Origin: Lama guanicoe
Taxonomy: Eukaryota
DNA length: 64,000 bases
NCBI GenBank assembly: GCA_013239625.1
Contig: MU054323.1
Span: forward strand, 12,941,950-13,005,949
Direction of reading: 5' to 3'
The notes beneath the pieces were generated by a model. It made no database searches. It was not told the DNA's origin and saw only the letters and a program-made list of their open reading frames with translations. This document shows, in pieces, positions 62,419-64,000 of the stretch. The translations under genes and the position numbers were made by a program. Each line of letters opens with the position of its first letter. Positions within the stretch are counted from its first letter, which is position 1.

Positions 62419-64000
62419 CTCTAGACCGTCCATGTGTCTTCACAGACTTGTATACTTCATAGGCCCCTTTACCACATGTCAGTGGCTTGGAGAGAAGTTC
62501 TAGAGTCTTCTCTGTGTAACATTAGAGCACTTGCGTGGCTGCTGTTAGGGTGCTCTTGTTTTATGTTGAACTAAGAAGCTGCCTGTAATGTCAGTCCATT
62601 TCAGGCTGATGTCCCCCTGTGGAGATGAGGAATCACCAGCTATTTCAGGTGCCCCAGTGATCACCATCCTCAGGTGAAGGGCGTTCCCAAGCAGAATGGT
62701 TTTCAGGGGGTCAGGCTCCTTTGACCTTGTCTCCAGGAGGGTGATTTTCAAAAGGATGAAGAAAGGCAAACTCCCGAGGAAAAATTTCGCGGCTGAAGGT
62801 CAGGCGGAAGCAGAGGAGGGATGAGGCCTTTAGGATCGCGGGCTCCCATCTCTGAGGGAGACCCACCCCCACACTTGGAAGAAGCCCTGGGGTGCGGTCA
62901 AAGCTGGGAGGAAGAAAGAGGATCCTAAAAAAACTCAGGCAGAGAAGTTTCCGTGGACACAGAGCAGCAGACCCGAGGTCTACACAGCTGCTGTGAAGCC
63001 GTGCACGGCCAGCGCCTCCACTGGCCTCTCTTCACAGTTTGAGAATATTTCAATAATGAGACACACCCCAAACATGCTTAGCATCACACCACCTGCTGCT
63101 TCTCACGGCCAGCATTATTTATCATCAAATTTGATCCCAGTGTTTGCCATATTATCGGATATCCTATGAAACAAAATCTAAAAATACAATTTTTTTTCTC
63201 TAAATCAGCCCTAACCTTGCACCTGGGGTTGCAACTATAGCATTGTTGTTTTGTTTTGTTTTGTTTTGACTTTGAAGGATTAGTTCACAATACTTAATTC
63301 CCCATCTCATGCTAGTCTCTGCTGTTTGCACTTGTCTTGGTATTTGAAGAATATATTTCCAAATTAAAGCGGTGCTACTTTTTAATCTCACGCATCTCTC
63401 CCATGCAGTTACGGGTTTGTGGATTTGCTGGATCTCATAACGTTTTCTATCTTCAGCGGAACACATCCAGTCACTCCCAATTGAAGTTCCTCAGCTGAAA
63501 TTATTTTCATCTCTGCGAATTTCTCCAGAGCTGTTTCTGTTATGGAGGATAAAAGGGATAAAGGATTCACAGCTGCCCAGAGTCAGGGCCTCTTTAATAC
63601 AGTTCTTGCGTCCAGAATTTGATTTCTTCCTTTCATGGAGGAGAAGTTCTGCAGTCAAGGATGGAAGGATTCAGGGAGTAGCTGAAGCAGCAGGTTTGCC
63701 TGGGCTTGTGTTTTGCTCTTGTGGGGGCTGCTGAGGGCCTTCTGGCATGTTCTAAGCCAGCCAATTAAAGCAGGAAAAGGCCCTTAGAAGAACTCTCTTG
63801 TCCCCAGTATACCTGTTAAACTTAGAACTTCCCGGAGAGCCGCCCAGTGCTGCTTGTGCCCCTTGAGCAGATCCTCCATGCTGCTGTATGCCTTTCTGAA
63901 GCCTTCTTGCAAACCCTTGTTCGACTTAGTGTAGCGAAATATATTTATCAGAAACAAGAAGGGCTGTAGCATTAAATGCTTCTGCCAACCACCTCATTAA

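Noticed and set aside
62545..63972. Minus-strand ORFs at the window end as part of a gene
   Set aside because: No recognisable protein similarity or consistent exon boundaries.

Overview
Eukaryotic (mammalian) genomic DNA, very probably camelid (Camelus/Vicugna/Lama). It holds three tRNA-Ala-derived SINEs of the Vic-1 type plus cetartiodactyl-type L1 3' ends, and I saw no Alu, B1, Bov-tA/BovB or PRE-1. There is no prokaryotic system, no CRISPR array and no intact long ORF. The ORF track is almost entirely chance ORFs or decayed L1/transposase fragments. The first ~12.5 kb is AT-rich and repeat-poor, carries only antisense L1s, and shows a cluster of strong + strand splice acceptors. One of these opens a protein-like 40-codon candidate terminal exon (7149-7271) with its own poly(A) signals. 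This looks like the alternatively spliced 3' end of a + strand gene that I cannot name. From ~13 kb onward the window looks intergenic and is a mosaic of L1, L2, MIR, CR1, MaLR/ERVL/ERV1 solo LTRs and DNA transposon fossils (near-full-length BLACKJACK, Charlie1, MARNA, MER20, MER45A, MER63, MER5). A few repeat-free stretches there are candidate enhancers. Repeat family names come from my recall of consensus sequences, not from a database search. Boundaries without a stated TSD are approximate (tens of bp).
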